A stretch of DNA of 64,000 nucleotides, from the NCBI GenBank assembly GCA_002269645.1, contig NIVC01003946.1, positions 1 through 64,000 on the forward strand. The letters are read 5' to 3'. Of this stretch, positions 40,201-52,700 are shown piece after piece. Numbering within the stretch: position 1 is the stretch's first letter; each line of letters opens with the position of its first letter. This stretch comes from Macrostomum lignano. Taxonomy: Eukaryota. Below the pieces are notes generated by a model. The model searched no databases, was not told where the DNA came from, and worked only from the letters and a program-made list of their open reading frames with translations. A program made the position numbers and the translations under genes.

Positions 40201-43200
40201 CTTGAGAGAACTATACCAGAATTTTTAACAGAATCTTCACAAACTATAAACAGCATCTTCACAAACTATAAACAGAATCTTCACAAACTATAAACAGAAT
40301 CTTCACAAACTATAAACAGAATCTTCACAAGCTATACCAGAATCTTCACAGACTGAAGCTGCACCGTCAGACTCATCAAGACTGCGCCATCGCCATTTCA
40401 GGCAAGCATCGCAGAACCGCCTCCGGCCATCAGCAGCAGCTGCTGCTGAGTTCGGGCAACTCAGCCTGCCAGCTCGAGGACTCGGGCATCGCCGGCTCGC
40501 CAATCGATCTCACTGGCAGTCGGAAACGCTCAGCAACCGCAGCCTCTCTGCTGCATCATCTACATCCGGCATTCCAGTCTCCCTATCAGAGGCCGCAGCA
40601 TCATCAGCTGCAGTGCGCCGAGGACCCGGAGCAGGTGGCCATCCTGACTGGAACCAGCGACGATCCTCTGGACCAGTTCATGTACATCAACGACCAGCAG
40701 AATGTGAAATGGCGCCGGCTGTACGAAAGGCACAGCAGGACGAATCCTCCGAACAGATGCGGCGAGTGTCTGAAGGACCTGAGCTGCAAGAGCGCCCTGA
40801 TCATGCACTACAGGACCCACACGGGTGAGGGCTCTTGATGATGAAGCATTAACTTGGAGTCTGGATTTTTACTAGCACACCCAAACGTTTACGAATACCC
40901 TGAACTCTGCTCGAGAAAACTTTGGAACCTTCTCTACTTCTCTACCTTCTTTACTTCTCTCTGATAGCTTTTCTACACCATCCTGAACCCTTCTCTACAG
41001 CACCCTGAACCCTTCTCTACAGCACCCTGAACCCTTCTCTACAACACCCTGAACCCTTCTCTACAACACCCTGAACCCTTCTCTACAACACCCTGAACCC
41101 TTCTCTACAGCACCCTGAACCCTTCTCTACAACACCCTGAACCCTTCTCTACAGCACCCTGAACCCTTCTCTACAGCACCCTGAACCCTTCTCTACAGCA
41201 CCCTGAACCCTTCTCTACAGCACCCTGAACCCTTCTCTACAGCATCCTAAACCCTTCTCTACTGCACCCTGAACCCTTCTCTACAACACCCTGAACCCTT
41301 CTCTACAACACCCTGAACCCTTCTCTACAGCACCCTGAACCCTTCTCTACAACACCCTGAACCTTTCTCTACAACACCCTGAACCCTTCTCTACAGCACC
41401 CTGAACCCTTCTCTACAGCACCCTGAACCTTTCTCTACAACACCCTGAACCCTTCTCTACAACACCCTGAACCCTTCTCTACAACACCCTGAACCCTTCT
41501 CTACAACACCCTGAACCCTTCTCTACAACACCCTGGAACTTTGCTCTACAAAATGCATCAAACTCCGACATCCCCCCCCCGCGCACAGAGAGCAGTCAGC
41601 CGCAGAGAGCAAAGTCAAATAGAATTTGGATTATTTTTGGCCAAGGAAAAACAGTTCTGAGAATGAGAAGTGGGACGGGGGTCGAGGGCCTCTCCTGCTC
41701 ATAACTGAGTCTGTTTGACGAGTTAAGCCACTACAGGACGCGCTGGCTTGGAGCTGTGATGGAAAATCATGTAATCACATTTGATTTCAAGGGCCCGACC
41801 AGTTTTAATAAATAAAAATGAGACACACAGAGCCAGCCGGAGACAGCGCCTCTAAGTCCCTTCTTAACCCCCTCTTCCCGCGGTCACCCCTGCAACTCGC
41901 ATCCACAGAAATCCCCCCTTGCCCAAAGATTTTGAGCCTCGGGGTCTGTAATGCAATTTGGCATGCTGGCTCGGCGGAAAGACCGCGGGGAGAGATGAGG
42001 GCGGCAGATAGATGAGGATAGATAGATGGATTTGAGATGCGCAAACTGCCGGGTCCAAAAACCCTTCAAAATCCGCTGAATTCTGATCGGGTTAACAGGG
42101 GGGGGGGGCGACGCTCGTCATCAGCTCGCGGCAGGCTGGGAGAGGCACAAACAAACACAGAATTTCTGCCTTCGGGGAAAAATGACAATATATCTGATTA
42201 GAAAGTTATCCCTTGGACTGGCCGATGAATTTGTTATAATAAAACTATTTTGATGTGACAAAAATATCATTCTTTAAGTTTGGTATAATCCCTAACCCTC
42301 GGTTTCTTGACTGTCAGCAGCCTCCCAGATCCTCAGTTGCTGGGCCTCCAGCCTCCCAGATCTTCAGTTGCTGGGCCTCCAGCCTCCCAGATCTTCAGTT
42401 GCTGGGCCTCCAGCCTCCCAGATCTTCAGTTGCTGGGCCTCCAGCCTCCCAGATCTTCAGTTGCTGGGCCTCCAGCCTCCCAGATCTTCAGTTGCTGGCC
42501 TCCAGCCTCCCAGATCTTCAGTTGCTGGGCCTCCAGCCTCCCAGATCCTCAGTTGCTGGGCCAGCCTCCCAGATCCTCAGTTGCTGGGCCAGCCTCCCAG
42601 ATCCTCAGTTGCTGGGCCCTCAGCCTCCCAGATCTTCAGTTGCTGGGCCTCCAGCCTCCCAGATCCTCAGTTGCTGGGCCAGCCTCCCAGATCCTCAGTT
42701 GCTGGGCCAGCCTCCCAGATCCTCAGTTGCTGGGCCTCCAGCCTCCCAGATCTTCAGTTGCTGGGCCTCCAGCCTCCCAGATCCTCAGTTGCTGGGCCAG
42801 CCTCCCAGATCCTCAGTTGCTGGGCCTCCAGCCTCCCAGATCCTCAGTTGCTGGGCCAGCCTCCCAGATCCTCAGTTGCTGGGCCAGCCTCCCAGATCCT
42901 CAGTTGCTGGGCCAGCCTCCCAGATCCTCAGTTGCTGGGTTAGCCTCCCAGATCCTCAGTTGCTGGGCCAGTCTCCCAGATCCTCAGTTGCTGGGCCAGC
43001 CTCCCAGATCATTAGTTGCTGGGCCAGCCTCCCGGATCCTCAACCTAAAGTGTGACCTGTCCCTATACACCTGATATCAGTTACTGAGTGATAAAATTGC
43101 CGGAATCAAGGCAGCATCAATCAATGACCATCAATTCCCCAGTTGAGCGGCGATGCAGAGCTCATAAAAAACATTGAAAAACCGCTCTGCAAGATTAATG

Positions 43201-46200
43201 AGCGGATGCTGACGGTGTGACAATTTTAATTAAAGCGAAGTCTGCAAGCTGTAACAGACACACAGAAATTCCCTGTCGAGTTCCCGCCGCATCCCCAATG
43301 GGAATTCCAATTAAAACAAGCCCGTCAAGCAGGTCCTGGCATCGCGATATGGCAGCGAAGAGGAGCTGTCAGACAATCAGCCCCCAGTGCTCTGGTCAGC
43401 TGGTTGCTCATCTTGTCAAAAAAATCTTTAACCCCGCCGCATTGCATACCAAAAATGCGCTATAGCCCAGCTTCCCATCCGCAGAATCTCTTTCTCCATC
43501 ACTACGTACTGTGGGCCTTTCTTGGCGGGGTCGCCCTCCAGCTTTGATCTGATTACCGCGCACCCCTCAGCTCCAGTGCTGTCTCTGCCAGGGGCTGGGG
43601 AGCCATGCCGCCAAGTCACGGCCAAGAGGGGGGATCTTTTTCTGGAGCCCAACTCCCCCCTGCTCGAAATTAATTCGCGGTGGGCCAACAAATTTAATAT
43701 GGGCATCGGGGTTGGGAGGCTGCCTGGGCCTCGGGGTCCCGGCCTTTACAATCTGCATAAATTTAATATTATTTCATATATGTATAAAATATATGGATAT
43801 AAGTGGAATTCCCAGAACAACTTTTGGGATCTTTGAAGCAAAGGTGCCGGGCCGTTTAGCCGGGGCAGATCTCAAGAATTGAGTTATCATCCATGACTGC
43901 GGGAGAAGTGAGGAGGGAGGCTGGCGGCGGCAAAATTCATTCATTTAATCCTTCTTCTCTTTCATCCCCTTTGGTTGACCCCTGAGTTGAATGTCTGCCT
44001 CGCTGGGAGCTGGCGGTCACCAGGGAGTCGCAGAGCCCGCAGCCAGCCCGCCCCATCGGGGAAGTGTCACATTTCTACCCGGCAAGGCGAGCGTCTTTTG
44101 GGGAGGGGAAGATAAAAGAGATGATGATGTCTGGAAGAATTCGCCCACAGGCTCGCCACGCGGAGTGCCCAAAAAAACTCGAAATCTACTCAATCTGGGA
44201 ATTTTCTTCGGCAAGATAAAAAAGCAGTTAAGAAATTTGTCTCCGCGGGCTTTCGTGACTGGCTTAGCGGGCGGTTCAGCCGTCTCGATTTGGTAGAAAA
44301 ACTCCCCGATTTTACCTGACAGACTCCCCGTGACGAATCCGCGATCCCCCAAGTGTCTCTAAAGACCTTCATGCCTACCGTTTCTGAATTATAAATGTTA
44401 TGAATTGCGGCTGTCCGCAATCACGTGCCTACCCCCCCCCCGGTTTTTAATACAGCGCCCAGCATCCTCCCATAAAAGATTTGTGCAAGAGAGACTTGGA
44501 GTTCAGCTAGGCCGCCTGGGAGAATTCTGTTGAGGATATTTAAGACAGGCAGGTGCAAGTTCTGAGGATTTTTGTCCGGGGATTTTTTTGAGATCGTATA
44601 ATTTCAATCATAAAATGTCTCCAGGCTAGCATGGTTGTGCTCATCAATTATTAGTCCTCAGGTAGGGCCCCGCGCTACCTGCCTTCATGTACCAAGGATA
44701 TAATGGCCTTAATTAAGCAGCCTCTTGTTTTCCCTTTTCTCAAATCCCCCAAATCATGAGAGATGCCCCTCTGACGCATCCAGCTTCCATGGCATTTTAG
44801 CGCTGGCATAAACGGGGAATCCCCTAACAGGATGAGAAAGTGTCCCGGGGGATTCAGTTAGTTAAAAATGCATGCATTGAGCAATGCGGCAGGCACTGAC
44901 CGCCACAGACAATGAATTCTGTTCCCTATTGCGGCCCGAACTGCATCCTTGTGATCGCAACTGGAGCATAACGCGTAACACGCCAAAATCATGCTCTGCT
45001 TCACTTACATCTCAGGACTGCAGCACATTTATTGTCTCAGAAGCCTCCCGCCATGAGCTCTCAGGCATGCTTATATTAATATTATTTATCATAAAGTCAT
45101 GGCTTGCAGATCCGCAACTTTGCGTGTCACCGCCCCCCCCCCCAGGTTCCGCAGCACTCTCGCTTCTTGAGCACCGCTTGTCACTGCCCCCTCCCATGAC
45201 TTGACCTCATCAATTATGACACATGAGCAGAGCGCATGCGGCAGTATGAAGTGATGAAGTTAGCTGGGCTAGGTCTGCCTTAGTAAAATCCCAACATTAT
45301 TGAAAATCCACACCGCCTTACGCGCAGAAGAGCGGCCCTACATCTGCCGGATCTGTCACAAGAGCTTCACCACCAAGGGCAATTTGAAGACGCACCTGGG
45401 CGTGCACCGGGAGCTGCTGCCGATTCTTCGAGGCATCGGAGCTTCGCCGCCAAGGAGCTGCAGTTCGCAGGCGTCTTCCGCAGCGCAGGCGCATCATCAG
45501 TTTATGGAAGCTGCTGGTCAGCAGGACAGCTTTGCTAACGGAGGCGGAGACAGTCAGGTGGGTGCTTGGGTTTTTACTTAGCTCAAAAACACCCTCTATG
45601 ACCGGCTACAAGCCACCCTCTATGACCAGTTACAAGCCACTCCTGTGACCATTAACACGCCACCCTCTATGACCGGCTACAAGCCACCCTCTATGACCAG
45701 TTACAAGCCACTCTATATGACCAGCTACAAGCCACCATGTATTACCAGCTACAAGCCACCCTATATGACCAGATACAAGCCACCCTCTATGACCAGCTAC
45801 AAGCCACCCTCTATGACCAGCTACAAGCCACCCTCTATGACCAGCTACAAGCCACCCTCTATGACCAGTTACAAGCCACCCTCTATGACCGGCTACAAGC
45901 CACCCTCTATGACCAGTTACAAGCCACCCTATATGACCAGCTACAAACCCCCCTCTATGGCCATTTACAAGCCACCCTCTATGACCAGTCACAAGCCTCC
46001 ATCCATGACCAGCCGGCAACCCAGAAGTATTTGCTGGAATATTTGAGCCCCAATCCACCATAACTCCAGCCAGTTTGTGCGCCCTAAAAATTATTTGCAC
46101 TGCCTCGGAACTAAACAATTTTCGAGTCCACCCATTCTCATCCCTCTCAACCCCCAATGTTTAATCCCCACAGTTTCTGGCGATGAAGCCTGTCTGTCAG

Positions 46201-48296
46201 GCAGTTATTAATAAATTGAGCAATGCCCAACTCGAATCTACAGAGCATTTATCAAACAGAGTGCTCTGGTATCTAGAACAACTGGTATCTGTGCCCCATT
46301 ACTAAATATCGAATTATTCGAACAACTCTCTGCCAACAAGTTCGAGTCCAAATCATTCAGTTCCGGCTGGGTTATTGCCGGCTGGGTCAACACAGCCAGC
46401 CAGTCATATTTGCTGATGGCTGCAGCGAAACACATGCAACTGACCGCTGCCCCCCTCTCAATCATTCCCTGTTGTTGGCAGATCTTGCTGGCGTCGCCCC
46501 GGAGTCGCCAGGGCGCCACGTCGCCTCCGCCGCCGCCGATGTCGGCCGCCGCCGCCGCTGCTGCCGCCGCCGCCGCCGCCGCGGCCACCGGCTTGCCGTT
46601 CCCAACCGGACTTCCGCTGTTCCCCTTCCGCTGCCTGCCGCCGCTTCCGCCGCCTCCGCCGCCACCACCACCGCCCGCCGCCGCCGCCGCCTCACCTGTC
46701 GACATTCCAGTTGGACCCTCTGCCGCCGCCGCAGTCTCTGCCTTTGGTTTCAACCGTCGCCCAGTCGGAGCCGCTCGAGCTCACCACACGAAGAAGTCGC
46801 CGTCGCTTGGATCGACAGCTGCGCCGGTCAAGCAGCCGGTGGAAGATCTGACAGCGGCGTCGGCGCAGTCAGCAGCTGCGATGGATGTCGGCCTGCTGCA
46901 GCAGTCGTTCCTCACAGCGGGGGGCGGTTTCGGCCGAGCCGAACGCGAGTCCAAGACCACCTGCCACCTGTGCAGCAAGGTGTGCAGCTGCAAAAGCGCC
47001 CTGGAGATCCACATGCGAACTCACACCAAGGAGAAGCCGTTCCGCTGCGGCTACTGCGACAAGAGCTTCAGCACCAAGGGCAACATGCGGCAGCACGAGA
47101 ACACCCACCGCCGGGCCGGCGGCAGCGGCAACCCGCTGACCGGCGCCTCGTCCTCGCACACGGCAGCGACGACTTCTCGCAGCCGCCGAATTCAATCGAC
47201 GAAGAGGAGGAAGAGGCCGAGACCGACTGCGAGCGCCGATCGCCTGAGGACGGCGGGGCCGCAGCCCCGGCCGTTGTCAAGGACAACTTCGACGAGGCAA
47301 CCAACGAGGAAGACAAGAATGAAGCGATAGCGGAGGCTGAAGATGAGGCAAACGATGAGGTGCAGGATGGAGGCGACGAGTCGGCAGTTTTGATCTACCG
47401 GCCTGGGCCGGTGGCCACCCCGCCGATGGTCCCGTCAACCACGTCGGCCACCACCTCGACACCGCTGGTGCCGCCGCTGCCGCTGCTGCCCCCACCGCCT
47501 CCGCCACCGCCTCCGCCGCCGCCTCCGCCGCCTCCGCCTCAGCAGCAGCAGCCGCAGCAGCAGCAGCAGCCGACGAAAAAAACGAATCTGCGAATACTGC
47601 GGCAAGGAGTGCCCGACCAAGTCGGCGCTGGACATTCACCTGCGCTCGCACACGGGGGAGAAGCCGTACCAGTGCCCCCGCTGCCACAAGAGGTTCAGCA
47701 CGCAGGGCAACATGCAGGCGCACGTGAAACGGCACTGTCCGGAGACGCGCAACGAGCGAGCCTCCATGGTCAGCGCGGCGGCGGCTGCTGCGGCTGCGGC
47801 TGCGGCTGCGGCCGCCGACCACCAGCGGCAGCATCAAAAAGTCGGATCTCAGCAGCAGCCTCAGCAGCCGCAGCAGCAGCAACTGCAGACTCCGCAGCCA
47901 CCGCTGCATTTCGGCTCGGTGTCTGCGGGTCTGGACCCGTCCGGTCGCTCGACGCAGCCTCCGCCGCCCGTGTCATCGGCAGCCGCCGCCGCCGCGGCCG
48001 CAGCCGCCGCAGCCGCCTTCCACCACCCGATGATGGACTTTCCGCCGCTGCCGCTGCACCCGCCGCCGCCGCACCCGCCGCCTCCTGCCTTCCTAGCCGG
48101 GTTCCTAGCCGGGCCGTCGAAGCAGCACCAGCAGCAGCCGGGCTCGTTCCTCAGTCCGCACTGGAGCCCCCTGATGGGCGGCTTCCCCGGCCCGCTGTTC
48201 CACGCGGCGGCGGCGGCGGCAGCGGCGGGCGGCCAGCTGGACTTCAAGCCGGCGCAGCCGTCTCACGCCACGGCCGACCTTCATGGCGACGACTGA
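37215..48296 (+). CDS. sal: Spalt / SALL C2H2 zinc-finger transcription factor; exons 37215-37965, ~40276/40352-40824, 45328-45557, 46482-48296
   Basis: Three double fingers: CGECLKDLSCKSALIMHYRTHT + ERPYICRICHKSFTTKGNLKTHLGVHR; CHLCSKVCSCKSALEIHMRTHTKEKPFRCGYCDKSFSTKGNMRQH; ICEYCGKECPTKSALDIHLRSHTGEKPYQCPRCHKRFSTQGNMQAHV. They carry SAL-box F(T/S)TKGNL motifs. There is a Gln-rich coil in exon 1 and a PIDLT motif in exon 2. Two compensating frameshifts lie in the last exon. Confidence 0.9.
38010..41535. repeat. spalt intronic arrays: 22-bp GTTCAGTAAAGCTTCAGGGATA-type (38010-39035), 22-bp CAGAATCTTCACAAACTATAAA (40228-40351), 22-bp CACCCTGAACCCTTCTCTACAR (40980-41535)
   Basis: Direct reading. 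Confidence 0.9.
42315..43045 (+). repeat. 28-34-bp minisatellite (CAGCCTCCCAGATCCTCAGTTGCTGGGC); reverse complement at 52978-53345
   Basis: Direct reading; the two arrays give identical pseudo-ORF peptides ([17 protein letters not shown]) on opposite strands. Confidence 0.93.
45590..46020. repeat. 24-bp minisatellite (CACCCTCTATGACCAGCTACAAGC)n
   Basis: Direct reading; starts ~30 nt after the spalt exon 3 donor. Confidence 0.92.
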
Positions 48297-49894
48297 CTCG
48301 GGGGAAGAATCCTCAACAGAATAAAGATTTCTCCCTCTCTCACTCTCTCACTGGACCGGCGCCCAGTCGTGCGTACAGATTTCGAAGTGGAACTTGGCGA
48401 AGCCATCCACAGCAGTGGGGACAAGCTTTGATAATATAATATTAACTGACTCTTTTAAAACGGGCGATGACTTCTCAGCCGCATCAAAAGAGGCTGAGGA
48501 GTGAGGAATTGATGAGGAGAAACCATGGGAACTGCATGCAGCCGAATCCTCTTCCCCATTTCCCCTTGCCGATTTCCCCCTTGGCTGTCCAGCCGAGCAT
48601 TCATGGCATCCGCAGCCCCGGAGCTCTTGAGCATGCCCGCCGCTTGAGAATGATGTCTTCTATAAAAAAGTGGCGGCAAGTGAGGGGCAAATCTGCTAAA
48701 ACGATTTCTATTGAGTCTCTTTCCTGGAATGCCTTCAATACGACACCGTTATTAGGGTACCAGTTATTGCAGGTGGGGGGGAGGCCCAGCTTCCCCGCCT
48801 CATCGCTGGGGAGCACTTGGTCATGCTCCATCCCTTGGCTCTCAATTCCTCTCTCTCTTCTGTCCATAGAAGCAGATTAATTTGAAAATTTATCCTGACA
48901 CCGAGAAAGCCGCCCCCCCCTGTTTCTGCTTGATGAAGACATTTCTACTCGTAGCTTTTTGCGTTCGTAGATTGGCGTGAGTTGGATAAAAAAAGCAAAG
49001 TTGTTTTCATTTATTAATATCATCATTGCTTATTATTTTAGTTGATTTGAAATAACTGTTTCTCACGCATCTAACTGCGCTCTGAATGTTGTCATAATAA
49101 TTATATGATATCGTGTACAACTGTACCTTGAGCACACCATGCGTACCTGTCACACTCCCGTAGCTTCTGTCTAGCAGCACAAAAAATGAAATAAAAGCAT
49201 ACGATTAACTTATAACTCAATCAGTGTAGCAATAAAAATTGAAACCGAAAATTTGACTCGCTCAATTTCAATAAGCATTCATAGGGGGGGGGGGCGATCA
49301 GCCAAAACTTCAGCCAACCGTTTGAAGTAGCCGACAACAATGGCCTGCATTTCATCATCATCATCAAAAGCGCGCACCCCAGACTCCGATGGCCGGATGA
49401 ATAAAGGGCAACATCTTCGCTACCTGAGCAGGCTGATGATTGGCATTTTTGCATTGCAATCAATTTGAGCAGCAGCTGAGACATGCTGGGACTGCCCTTA
49501 ATCCACTGCCCCCACCCCCTAATCAAAAGCTCAACGTGTTTCCTGCAACTCTTCAAGCGGAACAAAGATTAATTGTGTGTGTTAAAAAAAGAGAGTTGAA
49601 TTCCAACCATCAATTACAAGTCACAATAACAATAATAATATTAATATTAATGACTGCATTATTTTATTTTACCATATATTCTACACATTTAAACAAACTG
49701 CACTACTTACATTGAGTTTTAAGTAGTAGAATACGGGGGTTATTTATTGTAGTTTTTTGTCATAAACATTATAACAAAGCTAGTGAAGAAGCGGCTGAAG
49801 AAATTAAGAAAACGTTTAATGTAATAATAGTAGTTTTTCATAAAGCGAACACAGAAGCAGTACGTAAAAATGAGAATAGTATTAGACTTCCAAA

Positions 49895-52700
49895 ACCCCA
49901 AAAAAGCTCGAAATCCCAGATCCCAAAATCCCAAATATCTCGAATCCTAAATCCCAAATAGCTCGAATCCCAGATCCCAAAATCCCAAATATCTCGAATC
50001 CTAAATCCCAAATACGCTCGTAGCTAGAATCCCAGATCCCAAAATCCCAAATATCTCGAATCCTAATCCCAAATAGCTCGAATCCCAGATCCCAAAATCC
50101 CAAATATCCCGAATCCCAAATCCCAATAGCTCGAATCCCAGATCCCAAAATCCCAAATATCTCGAATCCCAAATCCCAAATATCTCGAATCCCAAATCCC
50201 AAATAGCTCGAATCCCAAATTCCAAATATCTCGAATCCCAAATCCCAAATATCTCGAATCCCAAATCCCAAACAGCTCGAATCCCAGATCCCAAAATCCC
50301 AAATATCCCGAATCCCAAATCCCAAATAGTTCGAATCCCAGATCCCAAAAGCCCAAATAGCTCGAATTCCAGATCCCAAAATCCCAAATAACTCGAATCC
50401 CAGATCCCAAAAGCACAGCTTCAATAGCAAAGCACAGTAATTATTAAATGCCCAAATTAAAAGCAATTTAATACTAATTATTGCAGTAAAACTCATACAG
50501 ATCAATAAAAAACGAACGCAAGATAACAGTATTATTAACAATAAACAGTAATAGCATAAAACTTGCATTATTCAAGCAATGAAATTTTGATAAAAAGCTG
50601 CATTTAAAAAAACCGATTACACAGGAACTCATGGCTCATACGTAGCGAAAACGTAGGGTTGAGACGCAACAATATTGAATTAACTATATGAATAATATTG
50701 CATAGCGCACAACAGGTCAGATTAAAGAGCTTGGATTAATAAAGACAGTCTCACAGCTGATTAAGCGATAATTCAATTTTCAGGGCATCTCTCAGCAGGT
50801 GGTCTCGCAGGCTGCACAGAGCGTTGGTGAGCTCGGCCTGTTGCTGCTGCTGCTGCTGCTGTTGCTGCTTCTGGTAGGCGGGGCGCCCAGAAACGAGTCG
50901 TGCAGCTGCTGCGTAACGCTAGCGTTGGGCTTGCAGTTGAGCTGGGCCGGAGTGGCCTGCCGGTCCCAGTCGCTCAGGTAGGCGCTGTTCGAGCGCAGCC
51001 GCTCGATGTACCTGGCGGTAGGGAGGGGCGGGTTCACCAATAATGGCACTCAGATTTGATAGTGGCACTCAGGATAGTTGGGAATGCCACTCGGATTTGA
51101 TACTGGCACCCAGAATAGTTGAGAATGGCACTCTGGATAGTTGAGAATGGCACTCTGGATAGTTGAGAATGGCACTCTGGATAGTTGAGAATGGCACTCT
51201 TGATAGTTGAGAATGGCACTCTGGATAGTTGAGAATGGCACTCTGGATAGTTGAGAATGGCACTCTGGATAGTTGAGAATGGCACTCTGGATAGTTGAGA
51301 ATGGCACTCTGGATAGTTGAGAATGGCACTGTTGATAGTTGAGAATGGCACTCTGGATAGTTGAGAATGGCACTCAGGATAGTTGAGAATGGCACTGTTG
51401 ACATTTGGAAATGGCACTTTGGATATTTGTGAAGTTCACTCATGAAGGCACTCTGAAATTCGATTCCAAGAATGGCAAACAAGGCAATGGACAATGGCGC
51501 CCAATCAAAGCCTCCTAAAGAACCCTACCGTTTATAGATCTCGCTGTGCAGAGCTCTGGTGGTCTTCGGCGGAGCGGCCACAAACACGGGCAGCTGAGGC
51601 GGCGGCTGCTGCTGTTGCTGCGGCTGCTGCATGGACAGCATTGGCTGCTGTTGATGAGGCGGAAAACCATTAACGCCAGCTGGGCGATGCTGTTGCTGGT
51701 ACTGCATCTGCTGCTGGGCCGGGCCAGAAACTGGGTAGAATGTGACACCCTGCTGCGGCTGCTGCGGCGGGTAGGCCATCTGCTGAGGGTACACCGGCTG
51801 CTGGCCCATAAACTGCTGCTGCTGCTGCTGAGGCACCATAGGCTGCTGCTGATAGGCCGGCTGATACTGATGATGAGGCATCATGGGAGGCTGGGCTATC
51901 GGGTACTGCTGCTGCTGAGTCGGAGGCGACTGGCGACTGGGAGCGCTGGCGGCGGCGGTGGCGGCGGCGGCGGCAGCGGCGGCGGCCTTCTCCGCCTCCA
52001 TCTTGGCGCGGGTGTCGGCAGCTCGGCGCTCGTAGACGTCCTTCTCCGACTGGGGCAGCTTGCGCCACTGGGGTGTCAGTGTTGATGGCAGGCGATTGAT
52101 GGATGTCTGTTGCTTTAATACATAAAGAGCCCACTACAACAAAATACCCAACAGATCCCACAATACCCCAACAGATCCCACAATACACCAACAGATCACA
52201 CAATACCCCAACAGATCCCAAAATACTCCAACAGATCCAAAATACCCTAACAGATCCCAAAATACCCAACAGATCCCAAAATACCCCAACAGATCCCAAA
52301 ATATCCCAACAGATCCCAAAATATCCCAACAGATCCAAAATACCCCAACAGATCCCAAAATACCCAACAGATCCCAAAATACCCCAACAGATCCCAAAAT
52401 ATCCCAACAGATCCCAAAATACCCCAATAGATCCCAAAATACTCCAACAGATCCCAAAATACCCCAACAGATTCCAAAATACCCCAAAAGATCCCAAAAT
52501 ACTCCAACAGATATCAAAATGCTCCAGCAGACCCCAAAATACCCCAACAGATCCCAAAGTACCTCAACAGATCCCAAAATACCCCAACAGATTCCAAAAT
52601 ACCCCAACAGATTCCAAAATACTCCAACAGATCCCAAAGTATCCCAATAGATCCCAGAGTACCTCAACAGGTCGAAAATACTCCAGGATCCCAAAATTCT
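49895..52700. repeat. AATCCCAGATCCCAAAATCCC-type array (49895-50410), 22-bp GGATAGTTGAGAATGGCACTCT (51055-51400), CCCAACAGATCCCAAAATAC-type array (52140-52700)
   Basis: Direct reading; downstream of or intronic to PBRM1. Confidence 0.9.

Noticed and set aside
41570-45300. Non-repetitive spalt intron with many TAAT/ATTA words as enhancers
   Set aside because: Plausible for a developmental gene but not supportable without cross-species conservation or chromatin data.
47570-47590. A_AAA_AAC as a programmed -1 frameshift site in spalt
   Set aside because: Reaching the zinc-finger frame needs +1, not -1; a homopolymer error is simpler.
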